From the NCBI RefSeq assembly GCF_009914755.1, contig NC_060941.1: a DNA stretch of 64,000 bases; one strand, 5' to 3'. Below the pieces are notes generated by a model. That model did no database searches. It had not been told where the DNA came from and saw only the letters and a program-made list of their open reading frames with translations. Source of the DNA: the human T2T-CHM13v2.0 reference genome, Homo sapiens. This document shows, piece by piece, positions 1 through 33,899 of the stretch (the stretch's first letter is position 1; each line of letters starts with the position of its first letter). Position numbers and translations under genes: made by a program.

Positions 1-130
1 GTGGAAGGAAGAGCTAGATTGCCATAGGTACTATCACTAATAAGGCCACCTAGATAGTTCCCAAAACATTGAATTTCCCACTTGAAATATGACTCATTGG
101 AGCCATGTGTTTTGTGTTTGCTTCTTTTGT

Positions 131-431
131 TTCTTTTTTTTTTTTTTTTGAGACAGATTCTCGCTCTCTTGCCCAGGCTGGAGTATAGTGGCGTGATCTT
201 GGCTCACTGCAACCTCCGCCTCGCAGGCTCAAGTGATTCTCATGCCTCAGCCTCCCGATTAGCTGGGACTACAGGCGTGCACCACCACACCCAGCTAATT
301 TTTTCTATTTTTAGTAGAGATGGGGTTTCACCATGTTTGCCAGGCTGATCTCGAACTCCTGACCTCAAGTGATCCGCCTGCTTTGGCCTCCCAAAGTGCT
401 GGGATTACAGGCGTGAGCCAGTGTGCCTGGC
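131..431 (-). mobile_element. AluS
   Basis: Full-length antisense Alu, flanked by TGCTTCT on both sides. Confidence 0.9.
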
Positions 432-1454
432 TGCTTCTGTGGTTCTTTAAAGTGATAGGCTTCTAAATGTGCCTGTGGTTTGGCTGGAAAGCCAACATAA
501 GTACAGATTGCCCTTTCTGTTTAATGCTGTGTATTCCTTGGGGTTACACAGCTGCTTTTTGGATGCAGCTGCGTTTCGGAACAGGGATGTTACGGGTGTC
601 CCTGCTGTCAGACACAGCCAAGTGGTGCAGGAAAAGGAGCCGTGTAAGATGGCAGAGGACAGGTGAGGCGCCAGCCAGAATCAGAGACCCAGCCCTCCCC
701 ACTTGTCACACCTGGTGGGGCACCAGGGTTGTGCCAGACAGGAAAATTAGCATATTTTGAGGGATGTGGAGAAGTGGGATGCAGGTTGTACAGATCCAAG
801 TCATAAGGGAAGTTGGAAAGAATCGAAGTTGCATGGCAGAGCTTCCCGAGTGGTGCCCAGATGAAGCATCAGGTAGCCCCTTAGCCTCCAGGCAGAACCA
901 GGGCCACTGGGAGTGGCCTCAGCCATCGCCTGAGTGTGCCATGGTGTGAAGAAGATGGCCCGAGAAACACGTGACAGCTGTCCTCAAGCTCCACATGCAG
1001 CTGTCCTCCAGCTCCATAGCCTGCCCAGTTAAGGAGATCAACTTGCGGGGAGGGCAGAAGAGAACCTAAGCCTAGGAAATGCATTGGCCTTTGAGATAAG
1101 GCAAGGAAATGGCATCTCCAGCCCTGAGCCTAAGAACCAGCCAGCCAGCCAACCTGCCAACCGGGGTGACTTGTAGCTCCAAGTGAACATCGTTTGACTT
1201 CCCGGGTGCTCGACGTTTGGGTCTTGAGCCTGCCCTGGCACTTGTACACAGACATCAGTATTCAGCAGTAGCCAGTTCATGTGGCTCATGCCAGGCCTCC
1301 CCTTCAGCTCGTGACCAGCACGAGGAACCTTGTTGCTCCACTCTGGTACCTCTCTTGGTTGTGTTTAGGGATACATTAGGGTTTGTTATTGAAAGAAAGG
1401 GGAGTACAATGAACATCTCTTCACGTAGAAATTGCTAACCAGAAAGCACTAGCA

Positions 1455-1804
1455 GGCCGAGCACAGTGGCTTACACCTGTAATCCCAGCACTTTGGGTGG
1501 CCAACGTGGGAGAATCACTTGAGGCCAGGAATTTGAAACCAGCCTGGGCAATATAATGAGACCCTGGCTCTACAAAAAATTAAAAATGAAAAAATTAGCT
1601 GCGTGTGGTGGCACACGTCAGTGGTCCCAGCTACTCAGGAGGCTGAGACAGGAGAATCACTTGACCTTGGGAGGTCAAGGCTGCAGTGAGCTGTGATTGG
1701 GCCACTGCACTCCAGCCTGGGTGACAGAGCAAGACTTCGTCTCAAAAAAAGAAAAGGCCTCCCAAAGCGCTGGGATTACATGCGTGAGCCAGTGCGCACG
1801 GCCG
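1455..1804 (+). mobile_element. AluJ-like element followed by a short inverted Alu 5' fragment (1757-1804)
   Basis: Dimeric Alu, then GGCCTCCCAAAGCGCTGGGATTAC in the antisense orientation. Confidence 0.85.
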
Positions 1805-1869
1805 AGCTGACACCCTTTTAAAGTAAAGACCTTCTTGAGGGAATTAACACAGGAACAGAGAACAGACAG

Positions 1870-2115
1870 CTCACACGTTCCCACTTACAAACGGGAGCCC
1901 AACACCGAGTTCACACAACACAAAGAAGGGAGCAGCAGACACCGGGGCCTGCTGTAGGGTAGAGGGTGGGAGGAAGGAGAGGATTCAGAAACTGCCTGTG
2001 GGGTACTGTGCTCACTACCTAGGTGATGGAATGATCTCTACACCACACCCCCACGACGCACAGTTCACCTGTGTGACAAACCTGCACATGGACTCCCTGA
2101 ACCCAAAATAAAAAT
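1870..2115 (+). mobile_element. L1 3' end fragment (older L1PA/L1PB type)
   Basis: G-rich L1 3' UTR features (GACACCGGGGCCT...GAGGGTGGGAGG...AAACCTGCACATG) ending in AAAATAAAA. Confidence 0.7.
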
Positions 2116-3437
2116 TGGAAAAAATAAAAGTGAAGACCTGCAGATTACCCATAAATGTTAACTTCCCTCAGCTCTGGTGCCCTCATTCTAAAGAGGTCCC
2201 TTGCAGCAGGGCAGCTGCAAACAGCTGTGCAGGTTGGACACTGCACGTGTCCAGGAGGTGCCACACACCTGGTTATTCACTGCACAACGCCATGTGGGCC
2301 TACGGCTGAGATGCCGTGGCTTTTCAGAAACCGTCCGATTCTGTTTATGGTCATCAGTTTAGCAGCCAGACTGTGCTCATGTTCCCTCTGCTAGCCAGGA
2401 TACGTGCACTGGCAGAGTCATTGTCCCAATTAGAGCTCTTTCCATCCTGTGTTCACCCCAACTGTCACCATTATTCCATCCTCGCTCTTCTTCTCCAGCT
2501 TCTTGCTTTCTTCACAGAATTGAAAGGGAGAGCCACATTAGAAAATATGAAATAAAACCAAGCAGCGAGGAGCTGAGCTTTTACACAAGGGATTGAGGTG
2601 CCTTAAGGATGGCCCATTTATCCTAAGTCTCCCTTTCAGGCACAGGGACAAGCTTTCCTCAAAAAACTACAGTCCTAGGGATAGAATAACTCAAGTCCAT
2701 ATACACAGTTATTAGGACAGATGTCTCTTAATTATTCCTGTATTTAAAAAGGGAATCATGAGCCGGGTGTGGTGGCATGCACCTGTGGTCCCTGTGACTC
2801 CGGAGGCTGAGGCAAGAGGATCACTGAGCCCAGGAGGTTGAGGCTGCTGTGCACTGTGATCATGCCTGTGAACAGCCACTGTGCTGCAGCCTGGGTGACA
2901 TTGCAACAGCCCCATCTCTTAAAAAAAAATTTTTTTTAAGCAAAATATGAGTGTAAGCTGATGGGACACCCCAGTCAGAAGAAATACTCAAATTTTTATG
3001 GCAAATTTTGTAATAAAAGGCTTGGAGTTTTGTTCTTCCATTTTGTGGCCATTGTTTGAACTGTGAAAGGATGTAGATTGCCCTGGATTTTTATTTTACC
3101 TTATTTGGGAGAGGAAATCAGTGTGGTCCTTTAAAACTCTTAAAACATGGTATTTTAAGCATTCTGGCGGGAATTCTCAAAGAAGCTCATGCTGCTTCTT
3201 GCCCTTTGATTCCTCTGCCTTCAGCAACATCCCAGGCCTCCCTGAGTGGGTACAGGGACCCAGAGTAGGAGGCATGCCCCGTTTCTTCCTTCCCACATGT
3301 CACTTTCATGTTCAGGCTTCTATTAAAAATGGCAGCCTAGGGAGAGGTTGATTCCTGATGGTTCTCACACCCCACAGTTAGAGTCATGAACCCGGACACC
3401 GCCACCACCTTGCTCAGTGCCGTGTTTGGTTCTGCAG

Positions 3438-10534
<7,097 letters not shown>

Positions 10535-13118
10535 GCTCTGCCATCATCAGCACCAGGAGAGCCGACCCCTCCCGGGACCCCTCCCGGCTGGGCGGCCCCA
10601 CAGACCCGCTGGAACCCAGCAGCGGCCGCCCTTTTGAGTACCTCTGTCCAGGACTGAAGACGAACCTTGGCCGCAGTCCTTGCGAACTGTTCGCAAAACA
10701 GTGCGGGCTGCGGTGGGTCAGCGTCACATGCTAATGACAGGATGTTCCTCGTAGCTTTTTATTTTGTGCGTCTTATGTTTGTATAGTGTGTTGTCATTTT
10801 GATTTTTTTTTTTTTTTTAAGTATAAAAGCTGCTTAGAATAGTTCTATCATGAAGGGCACTTTTCAGATTGTGGGCTGGAAAGGGTTATTTTATCTGTGG
10901 GGGAGGGAGGGAGACGTGAAGCCTATTTAAAATGAGCCTGTGACGATTATGCACATGACCAGAGGCGGCCGGTAATCAGGGCAGAGTCTGGTGTGGACCG
11001 CCGGGCGCAGAGCGGCTCCGCGGCGGGAGCTGAGCGGAAGGCGCGGGCTGCGATCTGCTCTCTGTTCCCCTGGATCCGCCTATGCACATTACCCTTGTTT
11101 CATTACTTTTTCATGTCATTTTTTTATCCCAAAAAATATTTTTTAAAAGTTAAAAAAAGACATATCAAACATGCAAATACTTGAATCCAGCAGGCCAATA
11201 GTGAAATGTGAACACTTTCTAATTCTACACTTCCAGGTTGACATCAGTACACAGAAACAGGCTCTAGGAAAAATTTCTAAGTTCATAGCCTACGTGTGTG
11301 TATGTGTGCGTGTTGAAACAGAAGTGTGTGTGTGTGTGCATGTGTGGCGCGTGCTCCTGCACGGCGTGCAGTTTTCTGTGTTTGTGTGTTTGAAAGCGTG
11401 TGAGGATTTAACTGTGGGTTTTCCCTTGTATTCAGTATACGCTTTTTTTTTGGCGCATTGGTCAAACGGTTGTTATTATTAGCTTCTAACTTTGCACTGA
11501 GTGTCCTCGCCCTTCCTTTAGCTAATCCTATACATTACAGAGAATTCCTAGGACAGGGCTGGCGACAATTCATGTGTAAATGTTTACTCAAGGACTCTGT
11601 GACTGCGTTTAAAAAGTACAGTGTATATCTCTGGAGAAATAACATGTATACCTACCTTTAGCAGCTTTTTATTGTGGACTAATGCAAGAAAATTATTACC
11701 AGAGTATTGCACCATTTTTCCATTTGGAATATAAAGTTAAAGAGAAAAAAAAAAAAACTGTTGTTGAACTGTGGCCATAGATACTTGTAAAGAATGGATG
11801 GTTCCGTGGAAGGAACAGAAACAAGCACTTGGGCGTGGGTTGTGACTGCTTTTGGGGGAGCCTGGGGTTTGGGCTCCCACCTGTTTACAGACCTTTTTTT
11901 CTCCTTCAGACTTTAAAATTTTAAAAATTTAAAAAGGAATTAAAAAAAAAAAAGACTTCCGTCGTAAAGAAACCTATTTTCAGAATGCAGATGCGTTCCT
12001 TCAGAGCTCTGGGACGGGACAGTGTTGTTCCCTCGGCCATCGTCGTGGACTCTGTCGATTGCTTTCGCCCCTTCGTCAAGGTGACAGGCGTTGTGGCCAC
12101 TGTCTTGCACATGCCGGACGCGCTCTCAGGAAAGCCAGGGCTCCCGAGGGCAGCTCCACACCATTTCATGTATTTTTAAACCCAACTCCTAGCACTGAAG
12201 ATGTTATTTAAAAAAAAAAAAAACAAAACAAAACAAAAAAATGAAAAAAAAGAAAAAGAGGAAAAAAAAACACAAAGAAGAAAAATACCTAATCTCTAAT
12301 GTGTAGCAGTTACATATTTACCAAATAATGGACTCAAAAGAAATAGATGTTTGAAGAGTGCTTTATATATTAAAAATTGCTTTATGTTTTAAAAATGATC
12401 AATGTTTTGATTGTTTTGCAAGGAAGAAAGACAATGGAATAACATACCTTCAAGTATGTTTTAAAAAATATATATATGAACATTGTGCTCCCTGCCTGCT
12501 TGATCAGGAAACTTGTGCATTACATTTTTTTAATTAGCTTTTTAATGGTTTTATCAAAACAAAAAAAATACAAAAAAAAAAAAAAAAAGTCCTGCAAGAC
12601 TGCAGATCCACAAAAGCTGGTTTTATAGAGGATCATGAACTATGCACAAACTGGGTTCAAGACTTTTTTTCTCAAGTTTAGTAGGATATTTAGAAAAACC
12701 AACCTTCCTCAGAGTGACTGCATCTCATTGCCATTACATGCGTTCTATATATTCGATGGACATACACCTGCGTATGTATATCCAATATGTGTGCGTGTGA
12801 GCATGCGTGTGCGTATGTGCGTCCGACATACCACTTCCCGTGCTGCCGGCGAGCATTGAGTTGTAGAAAAACTGTTGTTTTAAAATTGGGGATGGAAGTC
12901 AAGAATATGTTTGTTTGTTTTTGGGTTTTGTTGGGTTTGAGGGGTTTTTTGTTTGTTTGTTTTTTGTTTTTTTTACCTTTTATTTTGAACTTAATATGTC
13001 TGTAACTCTGAGATTAAACAACAAGTTCGTGGCTCTTAATGTTTTCCTCATAGAATGTGACTGTTGAAGAACATGCATCGAAAGTTGCTTTCGAAAGTAC
13101 AACGCTTTATTGAATCTT

Positions 13119-13124
13119 AATAAA
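13119..13124 (+). terminator. Proximal polyadenylation signal AATAAA (TNRC6C)
   Basis: Canonical hexamer with U/GU-rich sequence downstream (about 13130-13170). Confidence 0.6.
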
Positions 13125-14485
13125 TTGCAATTTTTTTCTTGGCTGTTCAAAGTAATGTGTTTTTCATTTTTCAAAAGACACTATGGATGTCTACTTTGCA
13201 CGCTGCGATTGGGAGAGCTGTCCCGCTGCATGCGTTCCCTCTGTAATTTCCTCAGAGCTCACATACGTACCTCTCTCACGAGTGAACTCACATTTTCCAT
13301 TGTTTTGCTTTATTCTATCATTTGCTTTGTGGTTTTGCTGTAAATATTGAAATCTTAATCATCATCGAGAGGCACAGCCAAGCTTTCCAGCTCTCCACCC
13401 CCGTGGCCCATCCAAGTCTGTTCATCTGGTAACTTCTGTTGTCTGGGACGGCAGCAAGAAGATGCCGGGGCTTGCCTGGAGTCCTGGCAGAGGAGTGCCA
13501 CTCACTTTTGCCTAGGGTCCAGTTGGGGCTTAAAAAATATTTGGAGAGAAGAGTAATGAGGATTTTTTGTGTTTCCTAGACATTTTATGCATCTATTTTT
13601 GTAAAATCACCTTCGCTAACTTTCACCAAGCACTTTGAGCACAGTGGAACTTCAGAAGCACAACCAGCCTAACCCCAGAATCTCAGGTGGCACAGCTAGA
13701 AATTGAGTCCCTTCCTAGGACACTGGCCGTGGCCTTCAGGGTGACCAGTCAGTGCCACCGGGTTGGCATTGGTGTTACAGACAGGCCTCTGAAGACAAAC
13801 CGAGCACCCCAGCGGCCCCTCAAACTAAGCAAGGATCTTTTTTCTGTCTGCGCTCCCTGGGGCAAGGTCAAAGGTGGACCCGCCCACTGTGGGTCAATTC
13901 CTTCGAAAAGATGGGACCCGCACCCCCGCCACAGGCTGGCCCCCCCCCACCCATGGGGAAGGTGGTGTGCTGCTGGCTCTGACCATACTCTTTTGGAAAT
14001 TGAGAAGGAAAGCATTGAGTGGGACCTAATCCGGAGAAGAAATTAAAGACCAGAAAAAGAAGGAAGCTGGGAATGAAACTCAAAATGCACTTGAACCTGG
14101 AAGCGGCAACCCTCAGCTCTGCGCGGCCGAGCCTCAGCAAGAGTTCGTTTTGTGCCTGAGTTACTACTACAGGGGCAAACTACCCGTGCCTGTGCGCTGG
14201 GAGAACAAGGTCAGCGCCCAAGGGTGTGCAAAGGATGTGGCAGGCTTCATGGAGGAGGTGGCATTTGCCCTGGGCCTGGGAGACCAGGTTGGATTTTGAC
14301 AGACTGGGAACTCGGGGGACAGGAGGGCAGCACAGTGTAAGCTAAAGCCCTGTGTAGGGACCCCACGCAAAGACCTCGTGGGCCTGGGTGTCCAGGGCAC
14401 CATTTCCACCCATGGGTGAAAAAGAGGCTTGAGGAAGACAACAGGTTCTTCACCTGCATCTGTGGATATATATTTTTTTAAGTTT

Positions 14486-14491
14486 ATTAAA
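14486..14491 (+). terminator. Distal polyadenylation signal ATTAAA (TNRC6C)
   Basis: ATTAAA followed about 35 nt later by TTTGTGGTTTGTGTTTTTGTTTGTT. Confidence 0.55.
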
Positions 14492-14549
14492 TTTTTTTTT
14501 AAATGGCAGTTTCAGACCTGCCCTTTGTGGTTTGTGTTTTTGTTTGTTA

Positions 14550-16265
<1,716 letters not shown>

Positions 16266-16629
16266 GTACCAGTGTTTTTAAAACCTCCCTGGTAGATTCC
16301 GTTGTGCAGCCCAGGCCGAGAAGCATCGCGGAGTCTTGTCATTCAGCCTGAAAATAGCATCAAGTTCCCATCCACTCGAACAACAGTTTGTAGATCTTAG
16401 GCTGCTCTCATCGAGCAAACATGGCCTCCTTGCAACACCTCAAATGGGTGCCAGGCATGGTACGCAGCACACAAACTGTGTCACTTGATACAGCGGCCCC
16501 ATGAGGCGAGGAGCTGGGAGGTCACAGAACATGCCCCAGGGCACCCAGGGACACACTGAAGCCCAGGCCTCCAGCACGCAAGGGCTGCTCTGAAGAAATA
16601 CGGGAGGTCCTCACTGGAGGGTCTGGGGC

Positions 16630-16968
16630 CACACGGTGGGTCCAGAGACAGAACAAATAGGAGACAGAAACGAGGAGAGGACGGGCTCACCCAGCCGTGG
16701 GGCCGCGGGCTGGACATCCAGTGGGAGTGGGAAGCCGCCGTCTCAAGGCAGAATTCCCTCTCTGGGACACCTCGGGTTTTGCTCTTAAAGCTTTCAGCTG
16801 ATAGGATGAGGCCCACCCACATTCTCAAGGATGATCTTTAGGTGAAATCGACTGTAGGTGTTCACCACATTCCAGCAGCACACGATCACAGCAACACCTC
16901 GGCCCCTCTCGATGAGATCACTGGGCCCCACAGCCTGGCCTGGTTGACACGAAAGACTGACTAGCACA
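16630..16968 (-). mobile_element. MLT2 (ERVL) LTR, degraded
   Basis: TCCAGAGACAGAACAAATAGGA...GGATGAGGCCCACCCACATT...TTGACAC resembles MLT2. Confidence 0.55.
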
Positions 16969-17547
16969 CACGGTAATTCTCCAGAAATATCCAGGCCAAG
17001 TTCTTCCACTTTCCTGTCATAAGCAGCTGGTACTGTCCTTTGTGAGGCTGGCAAGATGGGCTCAACAGGTCACAACCAATGATCATGCTGGCAAGCCAGC
17101 AGTGGCAGGCGCACGTCCCCAGCCAGAGAGGGACCGTGATGGTTTGGAGGACAGCATCTGCACAGATAGGGGCTGGAAACCCTACGTCGGTCCCTGTGGA
17201 CTGTCACGTCACTTTCTGGACTGCCCACGCAGCTTCACCCAGCAGCACTCGCACCTGAAGATGCTGCCACAGTTGGCTGCCCAGAATCAGCACCAGCTAC
17301 TTGCTGAGGCCCAGAAGCACCACTTGGCTCAGATCCACCCAGATGCCAACTCTGTCGGGCCCCTGTGGCAGCACCCAGATGTCTGCAGAGCACAGGAGCA
17401 TCCCCATGGGATTGGGTGGGCTAGACCCAGCGTGGGGGTCTGCTAGCAGCCAGTGGCATCTCCATCTGGGTCTGACCCTTTTCTGGGCCCATCGCTCTTT
17501 GACCATTTCCCCACCTGGGTTCATTCCCCCAATCCCAAGCGCAGCTC

Positions 17548-18257
17548 CTGCAGGCCTGGAGCCCTGGGCTGTGACAGGCTGGTCCCCACAAGCCTGGAAC
17601 CCTGCGCCGTGACGGGCTGGTCCCCACAGACCTGGAGCACTGGGGTCATGACGGGCTGGTCCCCACAGGCCTGGAGCACAGGCTGACGGGCTGGTCCCCA
17701 CAGACCTGGAGCACTGGGGTCATGACGGGCTGGTCCCCGCAGGCCTGGAGCACAGGCTGACGGGCTGGTCCCCGCAGGCCTGGAGCACTGGGGTCATGAC
17801 GGGCTGGTTCCCGCAGGCCTGGAGCACAGGCTGACGGGCTGGTCCCCGCAGGCCTGGAGCACTGGGGTCATGACGGGCTGGTTCCCGCAGGCCTGGAGCA
17901 CAGGCTGACGGGCTGGTCCCCACAGACCTGGAGCACTGGGGTCATGACGGGCTGGTCCCCGCAGGCCTGGAGCACAGGCTGACGGGCTGGTCCCCGCAGG
18001 CCTGGAGCACTGAGGCTGACGGGCTGGTTCCTGCAGGCCTGGAGCACAGGCTGACGGGCTGGTCCCCACAGACCTGGAGCACTGGGGTCATGACGGGCTG
18101 GTCCCCGCAGGCCTGGAGAACTGAGGCTGACGGGCTGGTCCCCGCAGGCCTGGAGCCCTGGGCTGTGATGGGCTGGTCCCCGCAGACCTGGAGCCCTGGG
18201 CTGTCATGGGCTGGTCCCTGCAGACCTGGAGCACGGGGTCATGACGGGCTGGTCCCC
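17548..18257. repeat. GC-rich minisatellite with 35-39-bp units and a 74-bp dimeric period (about 19 units)
   Basis: Core GACGGGCTGGTCCCCGCAGGCCTGGAGCAC followed by either AGGCT (35 bp) or TGGGGTCAT (39 bp). Confidence 0.95.
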
Positions 18258-18834
18258 GAATCCCTGTGCCCACCCCCCACAGCCTACGGTTTTCGGTATC
18301 CCACGGGCTCCTCAAACTCAGCCCAGTCAGACCCAGGATCACCACCCCCCAGCCAGCTGCTGGCAGCCAGAAGCAGGGGGCCAGCCCCACCTCACCAAGC
18401 CCTGTTCGCCTCCAAGCACAGGTGCTGGTTACCTATGCCTGGGAGGCAACTGTCCCCACAACTCATTTGCAACTGATATGTCTCCCCTCCAAGTCCCTCT
18501 CTAAATTTGTCTCCTGCTCCAGTAGATGCTACAGCATCACCCAATGGTTGACGCATCGCTCTGGTCACAATCCGTGCCTGCTCGGCTCACTTGTGCAGGT
18601 GTAAGCCCCTCCTGGGCGCGAGTTCAGGCTGGTCAAAGGCAGCAAGCGAATCAAGCCCTGGCGCGGTCCAGCCCCTGCCATCTGGGGCTTGGCCAGCAGA
18701 GGGCGCCCCCACTCCAGCTGAGGTTCCCAGGACCCAGACCTGCGCCTGGAGGTGGCCCCAGGGCAGCGGGAAGCAGGCCCCGGGTGTGGTCACAGACACA
18801 GAGCCCCAAGGGACAAGCCCATTTGCAAAACCCC

Positions 18835-18840
18835 TTTAAT
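18835..18840 (-). terminator. TMC6 polyadenylation signal ATTAAA
   Basis: TTTAAT on the + strand, about 210 nt past the TMC6 stop, in the only AT-rich patch of the UTR. Confidence 0.7.
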
Positions 18841-19047
18841 CAGAATAAATAGAGTCCCAGGCAGGGCAGAGTTCATTGGGGATGCCCAAGCCGGATTCAC
18901 CCACCCTTCCAGCTCCAGCCTAGGCGCAGCTGCGGCTTTCGAGAGGCGAAACTGTCTTCCTTGTCCTGGTGTCCCAGCAGGGTCACTGGGAGGCAACAGT
19001 GTGGTCTCAGGGTGCTGGGCGGGCCCGTGAGGCCCATCGCCGTCCCC

Positions 19048-32614
<13,567 letters not shown>

Positions 32615-33899
32615 GTCTCTGGCCAATGCCCGCTAGTCTGCAGACCTAGGGTAGCTCAGAGCCTGGGCGCCACCTCCGGAGCCCCCATCTGATGAGACAG
32701 GGGCACAGAGCCAGGGGTGGTCTTCAACGCCTGGCAGCTGTCCACACCACCCATTCCTGGGGGAACCACAGGAGGTGCCACTCACAGCCCAGACAGTCCC
32801 GCCCACCCCCCTATCACCCCAGGTACATAAATGGTGAGGCACCGAATAAGCCTCATGCCAGAATGGAATGGGGGGCCCCCTCCAGTGTCAGGGGAGGGGA
32901 GAGAGGAAGGAAGGGTGTGGGGTCTGCAGTTCCACATCTGTTTCCTCGATGTCGCCAGTCCCTGGGAAATGGGGAAGAGGTAGGGTGCCTGTAGACACAG
33001 CCCCTTTCAGGATCTCCATGCCCAGGGTTCTGGCACAGAGACACCTCCTTTTTGGAGAGAAAGGTCAGAGTAGGCTGTAGGCCTTCTCTGCGTCTGCCCT
33101 GTGACCTCAAAGAACTTCCTCTAGCAGGAAATTAGCTGCTGGAGCCCTCACCCCCAACCAGCCCCAGGCGGAAGCAGCACAGGGGGCTCCTCCCCCACAC
33201 ACAGAGGTCACTCCATGCCACCGCCGTCAGGGCGCCAAGGTCCTCATGTTCTCAGAAGACCCACTGCCCTGCATTCCATCATCCCAGGGCGGCCGGCTGG
33301 GGGTGGCCAGGACCTCAACAGGCCTCCTTTGTCCTGGCTCTGCCGTCACCCGGCACAACTGGAACCAGAGCAGCCTTGTCTGGGGCCCTGGGCTCGGGGC
33401 CCGTTCATCTGTGAGAGTGGAGCCAGGACTCAGCTCCCAGCCACCAGCGAGTCCTGCCGGCCTCTGCCCTGGACTCCTCCTGCGCTCACCCTCAGGAACT
33501 CAGGGCTCAAAGTCGGCCGGGTTGAAGGGCGCTTTCCTCGGACAGGCAAAGCCCGGGGGCGCCCCGACAGAGCAGCTCCTTGCAGGGGTGCCAGTCACAG
33601 GACCGGACGGCGCCCTCCCTCAGTGTCCTGGGTGCCATCTTCGGGCCCAGGCCCCACACCACCCCCTCCCTCCAGCAGGAGCAAAGACGTGGGAAAACCA
33701 GCCCAGAGCTGGGTCCGAGGCGGCCCCACCCAGCCTAACACGGGACAGCTGCCGAAAGAGGGGCTGAGGACGCCCCACCCAGTCCCTAGAGCTGGAATCC
33801 CTTCCTCCAGACAGGCCCTTCTAAGCTCAGGGAACCCGGGGACTCGGGCACCCAGCGCCCCAGCACTCCGCCCCGAGGCCCAGGCAAGTCCAGCGGAGT

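Larger units (their letters stand above)
10535..14510 (+). other. TNRC6C: TNRC6C 3' UTR (about 2.6 or 4 kb depending on poly(A) site)
   Basis: Follows the stop codon; largely AU-rich with A/U tracts. Candidate signals: ATTAAA 13013-13018, AATAAA 13119-13124 and ATTAAA 14486-14491, the last followed by GU-rich sequence. Exact 3' end is inferred. Confidence 0.75.

Noticed and set aside
82-348. Many 60-140-aa ORFs with [17 protein letters not shown] motifs throughout the window
   Set aside because: Alu translations.
17548-18257. CRISPR-like appearance of the 30-bp core with variable tails
   Set aside because: Eukaryotic context; the tails are 5-9 bp and themselves recur; it is a minisatellite.
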